From positions 180,001 through 212,000 of the forward strand of contig JBAZRV010000002.1 in NCBI GenBank assembly GCA_041662745.1: 32,000 nucleotides of DNA, read 5' to 3'. A program made the position numbers and the translations under genes. Below, piece after piece: positions 24,475-32,000 of the stretch (position 1 is the first letter of the stretch; each line of letters opens with the position of its first letter). Source of the DNA: Patescibacteria group bacterium (GTDB lineage: Bacteria > Patescibacteriota > Patescibacteriia > 2-01-FULL-39-33). The notes below the pieces were generated by a model that was not told the origin of the DNA, searched no databases, and saw nothing but the letters and a program-made list of their open reading frames with translations.

Positions 24475-27399
24475 GTGGCAAAGAAAAAATCTTTAAACAA
24501 AGAAGGACTTGAGCCCAGGGTTTTTGATTTGGAGAATAAATCCAGTAAGGCAGTTCGAAAACCGCGCGTTTCCAGCCGCAAAACGGCTGATATTTTGTTT
24601 GCCCAAAATGATACGGCCGAAAAATCAGCCGCTAAAACCGAGATAATCGTCAATCAATCGCCACCCAAAACTTTCAATCTGCATATTGCCGAGAATCAGC
24701 TGGATGTTTATCGCTCTCCTCATTTATTAAATTTGTCCAAGGCCGGCCGGATAGAAAAAAATAAGCCGGAACAGCACAGAGATTGGCCGGTCAAGGATAT
24801 GCCGGCCGGAAAAATATTATCCCGGTTTAGGATTTTGGAATTTTTTGATTTTTCACAGAGTGAAATTTATCTGTATTTATTAAGAATCGCTCAGATTGTC
24901 AAGACTTTTTTCCTTATCTTATTTTCTCGCGCCAAATTGGAATCAAAATTACCCGCTCCGGCCGGAGCTAAGGCGGTCGGCGGAAACAAAGCGATTGATC
25001 GGCTGGCGGAAATATCTTTTGTTAATTTATTTTTATTTATCGCCAACCAATTTTATCGCGTTTATCTGGCGCTGTATAAATTTTTCTGGCTGATATATTT
25101 GTTTGCTCGGAAAGCCCGGTCTCGCCGCGATCAGGTGATTTATTTGCCCAAGCCCGGCGTTGAGCCGCAGAAGGCCGCGGTGATTGACGGCTTGATTCAA
25201 GTCAATGAAGCGCCGACAATCGCAGAATTGATCAAGGAGTATTCGCCGCAAACCAAAATTCGGCCGTTGCCGACAGCGCCTTCAGCCAAAGAAATCCGGG
25301 AGAAATATCTGGAAACCAATCCCTTCCTGCGCCGAGGCGTAGTTCTGAATCCTCAGCCGCCGTCAGTCGGTTGGCCGAAGCGCCAGTTGGATTTATCTTT
25401 TTCTAATTTTGAATTTCATCGATCCCTGCTTCGGCCGGTCGCTGTTTTTTGCGGCATACTTTTGGCCCTGTTCGGCTCGATTAAAGCCATCACTTATTGG
25501 GATAGCGCTTTAAGCGTTAAGGGAGAGGTGATGGGCGTGGCCGAACAAGCGGTGGGCAATATGTCTAATGCCGGCGATAAACTGAAAGCCTTGGATTTCG
25601 CTTCGGCGCAACAAGATTTCCAATCGGCGCAACAAGATTTCCAATCGGCGCGATCGCAATTGGAGCGGCTCAAGTCATTTGTAACTGTTTTGGCCGACAT
25701 AACTCCAGCCGGCAATATTTATAAAAGCGGCAAGAACACGCTGGAAATGGGGGATCATCTGTCTGCCGCCGCTTTCGGGTTGCTGTCCGGCATTAATGAT
25801 ATTTCTTCTTCCACCGATCTGTCTTTATCCAGTCGGGTCAAAAGTTTTTCTTCGGCGGTCAAGCCGGCTGTAGCCGAATTAGCCGCCGCCGCTTCTAACG
25901 CCAAATCAATCAACCCGGCGCATTTGCCCGAGGGCGGCAAGGAGCAGTTTATAAAACTCAAAGACGCTTTGCCTCAAGCCGTCAGCGCCTTAAGCCAGCT
26001 TCAAGAAACTTTGGATTTTTCCGTCGCTGTTTTGGGCGATAACGAATTGCGCCGTTATTTGCTGGTTTTCCAGAATGACAATGAGTTGCGCGCCACCGGA
26101 GGATTTATGGGCAGTTACGCCCTGGTTGATTTTAAGGATGGCAAGATAGAAAAAATCACTATTCCGCAAGGTGGCACTTATGACGTCAGAGCCGGCTTCA
26201 ATAAGATACTGATTCCGCCCGAACCCTTGCGCTTGGTTGGCAGCCGCTGGGAATTCCAGGATGCCAATTGGTGGCCCGATTGGCCCACCTCGGCGACTAA
26301 CGTCAAATGGTTTTATGAAAAGTCCGGCGGGCCGACCGTGGACGGCGTGATTGCCATTAACTCCGGCTGGCTCAAGGATCTGCTTCAGGTAACCGGGCCG
26401 ATCGCTTTGCCGCAATACGGCAAAACGATTACCGCCGATAATTTTGAAGACGAATTGCAGCGCAGTATTGAATTGCAGGCGGCGGATAAATCCAAGCCCA
26501 AGAAGATCCTGTCGGAATTGGCGCCGAAAATCTTAGACAAGGTTTTTAATTTGCCGCCCAAAGACAATCTGCGTCTGGCCGAAGTCATCGCCGGCGCGCT
26601 CAAATCCCGCGCTATCCAGTTGTATTTCAGCAATAATGATTTGCAAAAATTCGCCCTCCGAAACGATTGGGCCGGGGCTTTGGCGACGCCCGCCCCCCAC
26701 ACTGATTATTTGAATGTCATCGCCACCAACATCGGCGGCGGCAAAACCGATGACTTGGTGCGCCAAAAGATATACCATCAAGCGGAAATCAAAGCTGACG
26801 GCTCGGTGATAGATCGGGTGGTTATCAGCCGTTATAACGCTTCTTCCATTGAGGATCCGCTAAGAAAAGCGGCCAATAATACTTACTTGCGGGTTTATGT
26901 GCCTGCGGGCAGCGAGCTTTTGGGCGCTTACGGCTTTAAGGATTTTGCCAGTTCCGCTTATAAAGATTTGGATCAGGGCGCGATTGAAAGTGGTTTGTTA
27001 GCGGGAGAAACGGGAGCCGTTGACAGCGTAGGGGGGACCAAGGTTTATCAGGAAAACAATTATACGGTGTTTGCCAATTGGACGGTAATCGGTCCGGGAG
27101 AAAGTCAAGAAGCGGTACTGGTTTACCGTCTGCCGTTTAAGGTTGGCAAGGACTTTAAGCCAAAAGGATTAATTATGTCAGCGGCTAATTTTTTCACTCC
27201 GGAAATAGCTCCTTATAATTTTGTTTTTCAGAAACAGTCCGGCCGTAGCAATGATCAGATTCAGAGCGTCGTTACTTATAGCGATAATTTATCGCCGAAA
27301 CTGATTTATCCCAAATCCGCCACCACAGAAAACAATAATGTTTACTCCCAAGCGTTGACTGATCAGGATCGTTATCTAAGCATCGCTTTTATAAAATAA
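24475..27399 (+). CDS. DUF4012 domain-containing membrane protein (GTG start)
   Basis: 974 aa; ELRRYLLVFQNDNELRATGGFMGSYALVDFKDGKIEKI...GPTVDGVIAINSGWLKDLLQVTGPI is the DUF4012 core; TM (LLRPVAVFCGILLALFGSI) precedes it. Confidence 0.88.
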   Translation: MAKKKSLNKEGLEPRVFDLENKSSKAVRKPRVSSRKTADILFAQNDTAEKSAAKTEIIVNQSPPKTFNLHIAENQLDVYRSPHLLNLSKAGRIEKNKPEQHRDWPVKDMPAGKILSRFRILEFFDFSQSEIYLYLLRIAQIVKTFFLILFSRAKLESKLPAPAGAKAVGGNKAIDRLAEISFVNLFLFIANQFYRVYLALYKFFWLIYLFARKARSRRDQVIYLPKPGVEPQKAAVIDGLIQVNEAPTIAELIKEYSPQTKIRPLPTAPSAKEIREKYLETNPFLRRGVVLNPQPPSVGWPKRQLDLSFSNFEFHRSLLRPVAVFCGILLALFGSIKAITYWDSALSVKGEVMGVAEQAVGNMSNAGDKLKALDFASAQQDFQSAQQDFQSARSQLERLKSFVTVLADITPAGNIYKSGKNTLEMGDHLSAAAFGLLSGINDISSSTDLSLSSRVKSFSSAVKPAVAELAAAASNAKSINPAHLPEGGKEQFIKLKDALPQAVSALSQLQETLDFSVAVLGDNELRRYLLVFQNDNELRATGGFMGSYALVDFKDGKIEKITIPQGGTYDVRAGFNKILIPPEPLRLVGSRWEFQDANWWPDWPTSATNVKWFYEKSGGPTVDGVIAINSGWLKDLLQVTGPIALPQYGKTITADNFEDELQRSIELQAADKSKPKKILSELAPKILDKVFNLPPKDNLRLAEVIAGALKSRAIQLYFSNNDLQKFALRNDWAGALATPAPHTDYLNVIATNIGGGKTDDLVRQKIYHQAEIKADGSVIDRVVISRYNASSIEDPLRKAANNTYLRVYVPAGSELLGAYGFKDFASSAYKDLDQGAIESGLLAGETGAVDSVGGTKVYQENNYTVFANWTVIGPGESQEAVLVYRLPFKVGKDFKPKGLIMSAANFFTPEIAPYNFVFQKQSGRSNDQIQSVVTYSDNLSPKLIYPKSATTENNNVYSQALTDQDRYLSIAFIK
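25603..25650 (+). repeat. 21-bp tandem repeat in DUF4012 gene
   Basis: (tcggcgcaacaagatttccaa)x2 plus partial, encoding QQDFQSAQQDFQSA. Confidence 0.9.
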
Positions 27400-27414
27400 T
27401 TTATTTATCGGCTT

Positions 27415-29442
27415 ATGCCAGAACAAACCCCCAAAACCAAAGTCGGAGAAATAACCGCCAATCAGGAATTATCGGAAATGGAAAATAACGAAAATAATAG
27501 CGGCACCGGGCCAAATGATATGGTTACAGCGATTGAAAATAAAAATCAGCCGCCGGCCAAATCAGCTAAACGCGGATTGTTCCATTTGAGGCGCGGCAGT
27601 GCGGGCAGGCAAAAAGAAATTTCTCGCGATTTGGCGGAAGTCTATACTGATGACGACGGGGTCATACCGGATTTGACTCGATTGGAGTCCAATGAACGGC
27701 CTCTGTGGCAGACTATAGTTTATACCTTGATTGCGGTTCTGGCGGTATTGCTGGTTGGCGCCGCCGTTATTTATTTGATTCTCGCCAATCTTAACAGCGA
27801 TACCTTTACCAACGAACGCATAACTTTTAAATTAGAACCGCCAATCTCCATTGTTTCCGGGCAAGAGGGGACTTACACGATAATCATCGCTAATCGCGAA
27901 CGGGTGAATCTTTATGATTTGGATATTGAATTGAAATATCCCGACACCTTTCAATTGGTTTCTTCCTCTCCGGTGGCAACCGGCGACAAGAGAAATATCT
28001 GGAATATTTCCGTTTTAAAAATCGGCGAAACGCAAAAAATAGAATTGCGCGGAAAAATCATCGCTCCCTTGGATTCCGTGCAAACCGTTACCGGTGCCAT
28101 GACCTTCAAGCCGGCCAATCTAAACGCCGAATTCAGTCAGAAATTCAATTTAGATATGGGTGTCAATGCCTCTACGATTATCCTGACTGTCTCCGGGCCG
28201 GATAAAACGCTGGCTAACCAGGGCATTTCCTACACCGTTGATTTGCGCAATGTCGGCACTGAAGTCTTAAATGATTTGGAGGTGGTAGCCGAATATCCGC
28301 CAGGGTTTGTCCTCTCCTCCACTACGCCCGCCGCCAAGGATGGCACTAATAATGTTTGGAGCGTAGCCAAGCTGGCCACTTCCACCGATATGGCTACCAG
28401 CAGCGATCAGAAAATAATCATCGGCGGCAATTATTCGGGCATCGTTGATTCGGGCAATCAGGAATTTAAAGTCAAAGTCAATCTGAAAAATCAAAGCGAG
28501 TATATCTTGCAAAGCGAACAGTCGGCCGTTACCGCCGTGGTCAAGGATCAATTAAGTTTGAGCGTGATAGTCAACGGTTCGGGCGAGGATCAGCCGGTGT
28601 CTTTCGGCGATTTATTGGTATATACGATTAACTTTAAAAACACCGGCACCGAAGATTTGAAAAATGTGGAATTAACGGCCAAAGTGGACTCCCAGATTTT
28701 GGATTGGGCGACTTTAAGCAGTGATCACGAGGGCAAAGTTAACGAAGGCATAATTGTTTGGACCGGCAAGGAGCTGCCCAGCCTGTTGAATTTGCGTCCG
28801 GGCGAAGAGGGCGCCGTAACTTTTCAGTTAAGAGTCAAGGATTTGGCGGCTATCAGCTCCCTGGATGTGTCTAAGTTCAGTGTGGAAAGCTCGGCTCAAG
28901 CCAAAATTAAAAATGCTGACGGCGTTAATGCCATTAATTCAAAAATCATTACTAATTCCATTAATTCCGATTTGAGTTTAATTGCCGCGGCGCGTTATTA
29001 CAATGAAGACAATCTGCCTCTTGGCTCCGGCCCGATCACTCCGCAAGCCGATGAGACTTCTTCTTACAATATCCGTTTATCCTTAACCAATAACTTGCAC
29101 GATATCGGCAATATTGAAGTCAGCGCCATTTTGCCCAAGTTTGTCAATTGGGATGATAAGGAAAATCACAACACTGGTGACTTTTTATATAACTCTAAAA
29201 CCAAAAAATTATCTTGGCGTATTTCTAAGTTGCCCAAATCAGTCAAAGACGCCGCCATTGATTTTAATGTATCAATCAAGCCGACGACTGATGACATCGG
29301 CCGAGTGTTGATTTTGATTCCCGAATTCAAATTGACGGCTAAAGACCTGGAAACCGGCTCGGATATCTCCAAAACGATTAGAGCGGTTACCACCGCCTTC
29401 TCCGACCCCATCATGGGTAATTTATCAGGCATAGTGGAATAA
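27415..29442 (+). CDS. Membrane-anchored multi-repeat surface protein (DUF11-like / conserved repeat domains)
   Basis: TM (QTIVYTLIAVLAVLLVGAAVIYLILA) then repeats: YTIIIANRERVNLYDLDIELKYPDTFQLV, YTVDLRNVGTEVLNDLEVVAEYPPGFVL, YTINFKNTGTEDLKNVELTAKVD, YNIRLSLTNNLHDIGNIEVSAILPKFV. Confidence 0.82.
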   Translation: MPEQTPKTKVGEITANQELSEMENNENNSGTGPNDMVTAIENKNQPPAKSAKRGLFHLRRGSAGRQKEISRDLAEVYTDDDGVIPDLTRLESNERPLWQTIVYTLIAVLAVLLVGAAVIYLILANLNSDTFTNERITFKLEPPISIVSGQEGTYTIIIANRERVNLYDLDIELKYPDTFQLVSSSPVATGDKRNIWNISVLKIGETQKIELRGKIIAPLDSVQTVTGAMTFKPANLNAEFSQKFNLDMGVNASTIILTVSGPDKTLANQGISYTVDLRNVGTEVLNDLEVVAEYPPGFVLSSTTPAAKDGTNNVWSVAKLATSTDMATSSDQKIIIGGNYSGIVDSGNQEFKVKVNLKNQSEYILQSEQSAVTAVVKDQLSLSVIVNGSGEDQPVSFGDLLVYTINFKNTGTEDLKNVELTAKVDSQILDWATLSSDHEGKVNEGIIVWTGKELPSLLNLRPGEEGAVTFQLRVKDLAAISSLDVSKFSVESSAQAKIKNADGVNAINSKIITNSINSDLSLIAAARYYNEDNLPLGSGPITPQADETSSYNIRLSLTNNLHDIGNIEVSAILPKFVNWDDKENHNTGDFLYNSKTKKLSWRISKLPKSVKDAAIDFNVSIKPTTDDIGRVLILIPEFKLTAKDLETGSDISKTIRAVTTAFSDPIMGNLSGIVE

Positions 29443-29618
29443 CCCCGCCATCGGACTGATTGCAAAAATCATCGTTACAATCAGTGATGAAATCAGGGAC
29501 GAAATAATATATTTCTAATTTTTTCTCAATAGGCAACAGATATAAATAAGCGCCTCTGCATTCGTGACTTATTATTATATCAAATAACCTAATATCAAAT
29601 AACTTAAATTCCGTTAAG

Positions 29619-30812
29619 ATGGCCTTTAAACTGCTTAAAAAATCTAAGAAATCCCAAGCGCGATTAGGAAAATTAAAAACCGCCCACGGCATCATTAAGA
29701 CGCCGTTTTTTATGCCGATTGCCACTAAGGGAGCGGTCAAGAATCTAACCGCCGCTGATGTTAAGGATCTTGGTTCGCCCATATTATTATCCAACACCTA
29801 TCATTTGTATTTGACGCCGGGCAGGGAAGTACTGTCTGCCGCCGGCGGTTTGCATAAATTTATGGATTGGCGCGGAGCCATCCTGACCGACTCCGGCGGT
29901 TTCCAAGTATTCTCACTGTCTAAAATCAGGAAAATCCTGCCTCAGGGCGTGGAGTTCCGTTCGCACTTGGACGGCAGCAAGCACATCTTAACGCCTAAAT
30001 CAGTCTTGGATATTCAGAAAACTATCGGTTCGGACATTGCCATGATTTTGGATGTCTGTCCGCCGTCAACCGCCAAACACCAAGAGATCAAGGAAGCGGT
30101 TGAAATTACAACCAAATGGGCCAAGGAGGCGGCCAGAACGATTAAAAGCCGAAAGTCCAGAAGCAAAAACCAGGACAAGCAATTATACTTTGCTATCGTC
30201 CAGGGTGGTGTCTATAGGGATTTGCGCGAGCAATCATTGCAAGACTTGGTTAAATTGGATTTTGACGGTTATGCGGTCGGCGGCTTGGCCGTGGGTGAAA
30301 CCAACAAAGAAATGTATGAGGTATTGGATTATTTGGCGCCGCAATTGCCGGCCGGCAAGCCGAGATATTTAATGGGCGTGGGTACGCCGGAAAACATTAT
30401 TGAAGCGGTCAAAAAAGGAATAGACATGTTTGATTGCGTTATTCCGACCCGCGAAGCCCGGCATGGCCGGCTGTATGTTTGGCCCGACATGTCATTGCGA
30501 GAAGGATGTAATCATCCGACGAAGCAATCTCTTAAAAAATATCAGCGCGGCCTTCAAGATTGCTTCGCTTCGCTTCGCTTCGCTCGCAATGACGAATGGT
30601 ATCAAACCATCAACATTACCAATTCCAAATACAAGCATGACTTTTCACCGATAAACGGCAGTAACCTGAAAAAATATTCCAAGGCCTATCTGCATCATCT
30701 GTTCAAAACCGGCGAACCCTTAGCTATGCGTTTAGCCACCCTCAATAATCTTGATTTTTATTTGCGATTAATGGAGGGCATCAGGCGACAAATCAAAAAG
30801 GGCAACTTATAA
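29619..30812 (+). CDS. tgt: Queuine/preQ1 tRNA-ribosyltransferase (TGT)-like protein with internal insertion and altered Zn-site region
   Basis: GAVKNLTAADVKDLGSPILLSNTYHLYLTPG, LTDSGGFQVFSLSK, AVGGLAVGE, YLMGVGTPENIIEAVKKGIDMFDCVIPTREARHGRLY. Confidence 0.93.
   Translation: MAFKLLKKSKKSQARLGKLKTAHGIIKTPFFMPIATKGAVKNLTAADVKDLGSPILLSNTYHLYLTPGREVLSAAGGLHKFMDWRGAILTDSGGFQVFSLSKIRKILPQGVEFRSHLDGSKHILTPKSVLDIQKTIGSDIAMILDVCPPSTAKHQEIKEAVEITTKWAKEAARTIKSRKSRSKNQDKQLYFAIVQGGVYRDLREQSLQDLVKLDFDGYAVGGLAVGETNKEMYEVLDYLAPQLPAGKPRYLMGVGTPENIIEAVKKGIDMFDCVIPTREARHGRLYVWPDMSLREGCNHPTKQSLKKYQRGLQDCFASLRFARNDEWYQTINITNSKYKHDFSPINGSNLKKYSKAYLHHLFKTGEPLAMRLATLNNLDFYLRLMEGIRRQIKKGNL
30490..30594. repeat. Palindromic dispersed-repeat-like insertion inside tgt
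   Basis: TGTCATTGCGAG (30490-30501) ... GAAGCAATC (30521-30529) ... GATTGCTTC (30558-30566) ... CTCGCAATGACG (30583-30594): nested inverted arms; the reading frame stays open. Confidence 0.8.
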
Positions 30813-30823
30813 AATGGAAGCTC

Positions 30824-30852
30824 TTGACAACAAGTCAAAAATCAAGTAGAAT
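30824..30852 (+). promoter_or_regulatory. Sigma70-like promoter upstream of the DHH phosphoesterase
   Basis: TTGACA (30824-30829), 17-bp spacer, TAGAAT (30847-30852). Confidence 0.6.
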
Positions 30853-30929
30853 AAGCGCTTAGAAAGCACGTTAAAATAAAAAGTAATAGTACAACGGCCG
30901 ATTCAACAGAAACGGCAGGGAGAACAACC

Positions 30930-31979
30930 ATGGAAGCTGACAGATTAGAAAAATTCAAGCATGTTTTGGAGCAAATGAAGGAAAACCCATTAGTTGTGAT
31001 TCTAACCCATCTTGATCCCGATTCCATGGCCTCCGCCGAAGCCATGAGATTTATTGCCAAGTCGGTTGGCATTGAGCAGATTACCGTTCTTTATTGCGAC
31101 GAGTCCACCGATGAGCAAAACGAGGCCATTATCAATAAGTTGGCTTTGGATCGGCGAATGCAGCCGATTGACAGTTGGGTTGATTTTCCGGCTGGTAACA
31201 ACTATGTTATGGTGGATGCCAATTCGCCTTCCGACAGCCGGCTTAAACACGCTAAAGATAAGTTGAAACTTACAATGGTTATTGATCATCATCGCAATGA
31301 CAAAATCAAAGAAACGGATGATGACTTTATTTGGCTGGAAAATTTCGGCGCCTGCGCCACCATGATGTGCGAACTCATTGCCGGTCTGGGCTTATTGAGT
31401 ACCGCTAAGTTCAACGGCGATTTTAAGGATTTGCCCTTATTGCTTTCACTGGGTATCTACATGGATACCAAGGGTTTGATCAGCGCCGGCAGTAAGGATC
31501 GCGAAGCTTTTGCCGAAGTCGCCGGCCTGGCCAAAGAGGCGGACTTGCAGTTCTTCATTAATTATCAGATTTCCCAAACCTACATGGAAGCGCTTAAATG
31601 CGCTTTAAACTCCATGTCTGTCCGGGGAATGAAGATAGTGGCTTATGCCGGAGAAGTAAGCTCCAAGGAAGCTACGGTTATTGCTCGGGTGGCGGATTTT
31701 TTTATTAGAATCAAGGGATTTTCTCTGGCCGTGGTCTGGGCGACGGTTGATGACAGCCAAATCATGGTTTCTGCCCGAGGTACTGATTTCGGCACGCCGC
31801 TTGATGAATTCATACGTTCCCGTTTCGGTTCCGGCGGCGCCAAGGTTTCCAAATGGGGCCTATGGGAAGGTGGCGTTCAATTGCCTTTTAACTTCGGATT
31901 CTTCCACTCCCCGATCAATAGAATGCAACGAATAGCAACGGCTCAGGCCTTAATCACCGGTCTGATTTTGGAAAATTGA
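30930..31979 (+). CDS. DHH-family phosphoesterase (NrnA / oligoribonuclease-like)
   Basis: VVILTHLDPDSMASAEAMRFI, YVMVDANSPSD, LTMVIDHHRND, LLLSLGIYMDTKGL, GFSLAVVWATVDDSQIMVSARGTD; RBS gaacaacc / starts ATGGAAGCT. Confidence 0.88.
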   Translation: MEADRLEKFKHVLEQMKENPLVVILTHLDPDSMASAEAMRFIAKSVGIEQITVLYCDESTDEQNEAIINKLALDRRMQPIDSWVDFPAGNNYVMVDANSPSDSRLKHAKDKLKLTMVIDHHRNDKIKETDDDFIWLENFGACATMMCELIAGLGLLSTAKFNGDFKDLPLLLSLGIYMDTKGLISAGSKDREAFAEVAGLAKEADLQFFINYQISQTYMEALKCALNSMSVRGMKIVAYAGEVSSKEATVIARVADFFIRIKGFSLAVVWATVDDSQIMVSARGTDFGTPLDEFIRSRFGSGGAKVSKWGLWEGGVQLPFNFGFFHSPINRMQRIATAQALITGLILEN

Positions 31980-32000
31980 AAATTGATGGCAAATTATTGG

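Noticed and set aside
29455-29485. ACTGATTG...CAATCAGT inverted repeat after the DUF11-like gene
   Set aside because: 8-bp stem with a 15-nt loop and no T-tract; weak as a terminator and not distinguishable from chance.
29578-29603. TATCAAATAAC direct repeat upstream of tgt
   Set aside because: Short 11-bp AT-rich duplication; likely chance or slippage and has no supporting context.
1-32000. CRISPR array, Cas, restriction-modification or toxin-antitoxin locus
   Set aside because: No regularly spaced direct repeats with spacers and no recognisable Cas/RM/TA protein motifs in the supplied ORFs.

Overview
This looks like a chromosomal segment from a Patescibacteria/CPR-like bacterium (inferred from gene repertoire and the small DUF4012/DUF11-type surface proteins). 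Core content: the rplJ C-terminus and rplL; a divergent large membrane protein and winged-helix regulator; an FG-GAP-like repeat plus L,D-transpeptidase fusion; a cyclase-family hydrolase; tsaB-like; a compact division/cell-wall (dcw) run of mraZ, rsmH, ftsL-like, PBP and murF-like; ybaB/EbfC; dnaB; tRNA-Lys(TTT); a cobalamin-binding/radical-SAM-like gene; a small HAD protein; a CE4-type polysaccharide deacetylase; three GT4 glycosyltransferases; a DUF4012 protein; a DUF11-like protein; tgt; and a DHH/NrnA-like phosphoesterase. I did not find a complete new multi-gene system. The strongest non-routine signals are: (1) a palindromic repeat inserted in frame inside tgt, whose product also lacks the canonical Zn-binding Cys/His residues; (2) a 20-bp perfect direct repeat, one copy starting in the 3' end of tRNA-Lys, bracketing about 2 kb that holds one self-contained gene, a radical-SAM-like protein with an unusual C-x13-C-x2-C motif; (3) two diverged copies of an intergenic repeat with a compensatory change in a hairpin, flanking the HAD gene; (4) a structured non-coding block at about 5.5-5.7 kb; (5) a reverse-oriented two-gene unit with a consensus promoter inside the glycosyltransferase run; and (6) DnaA-box-like sites and a GTGGTG repeat array (probable MraZ operator) in regulatory regions.
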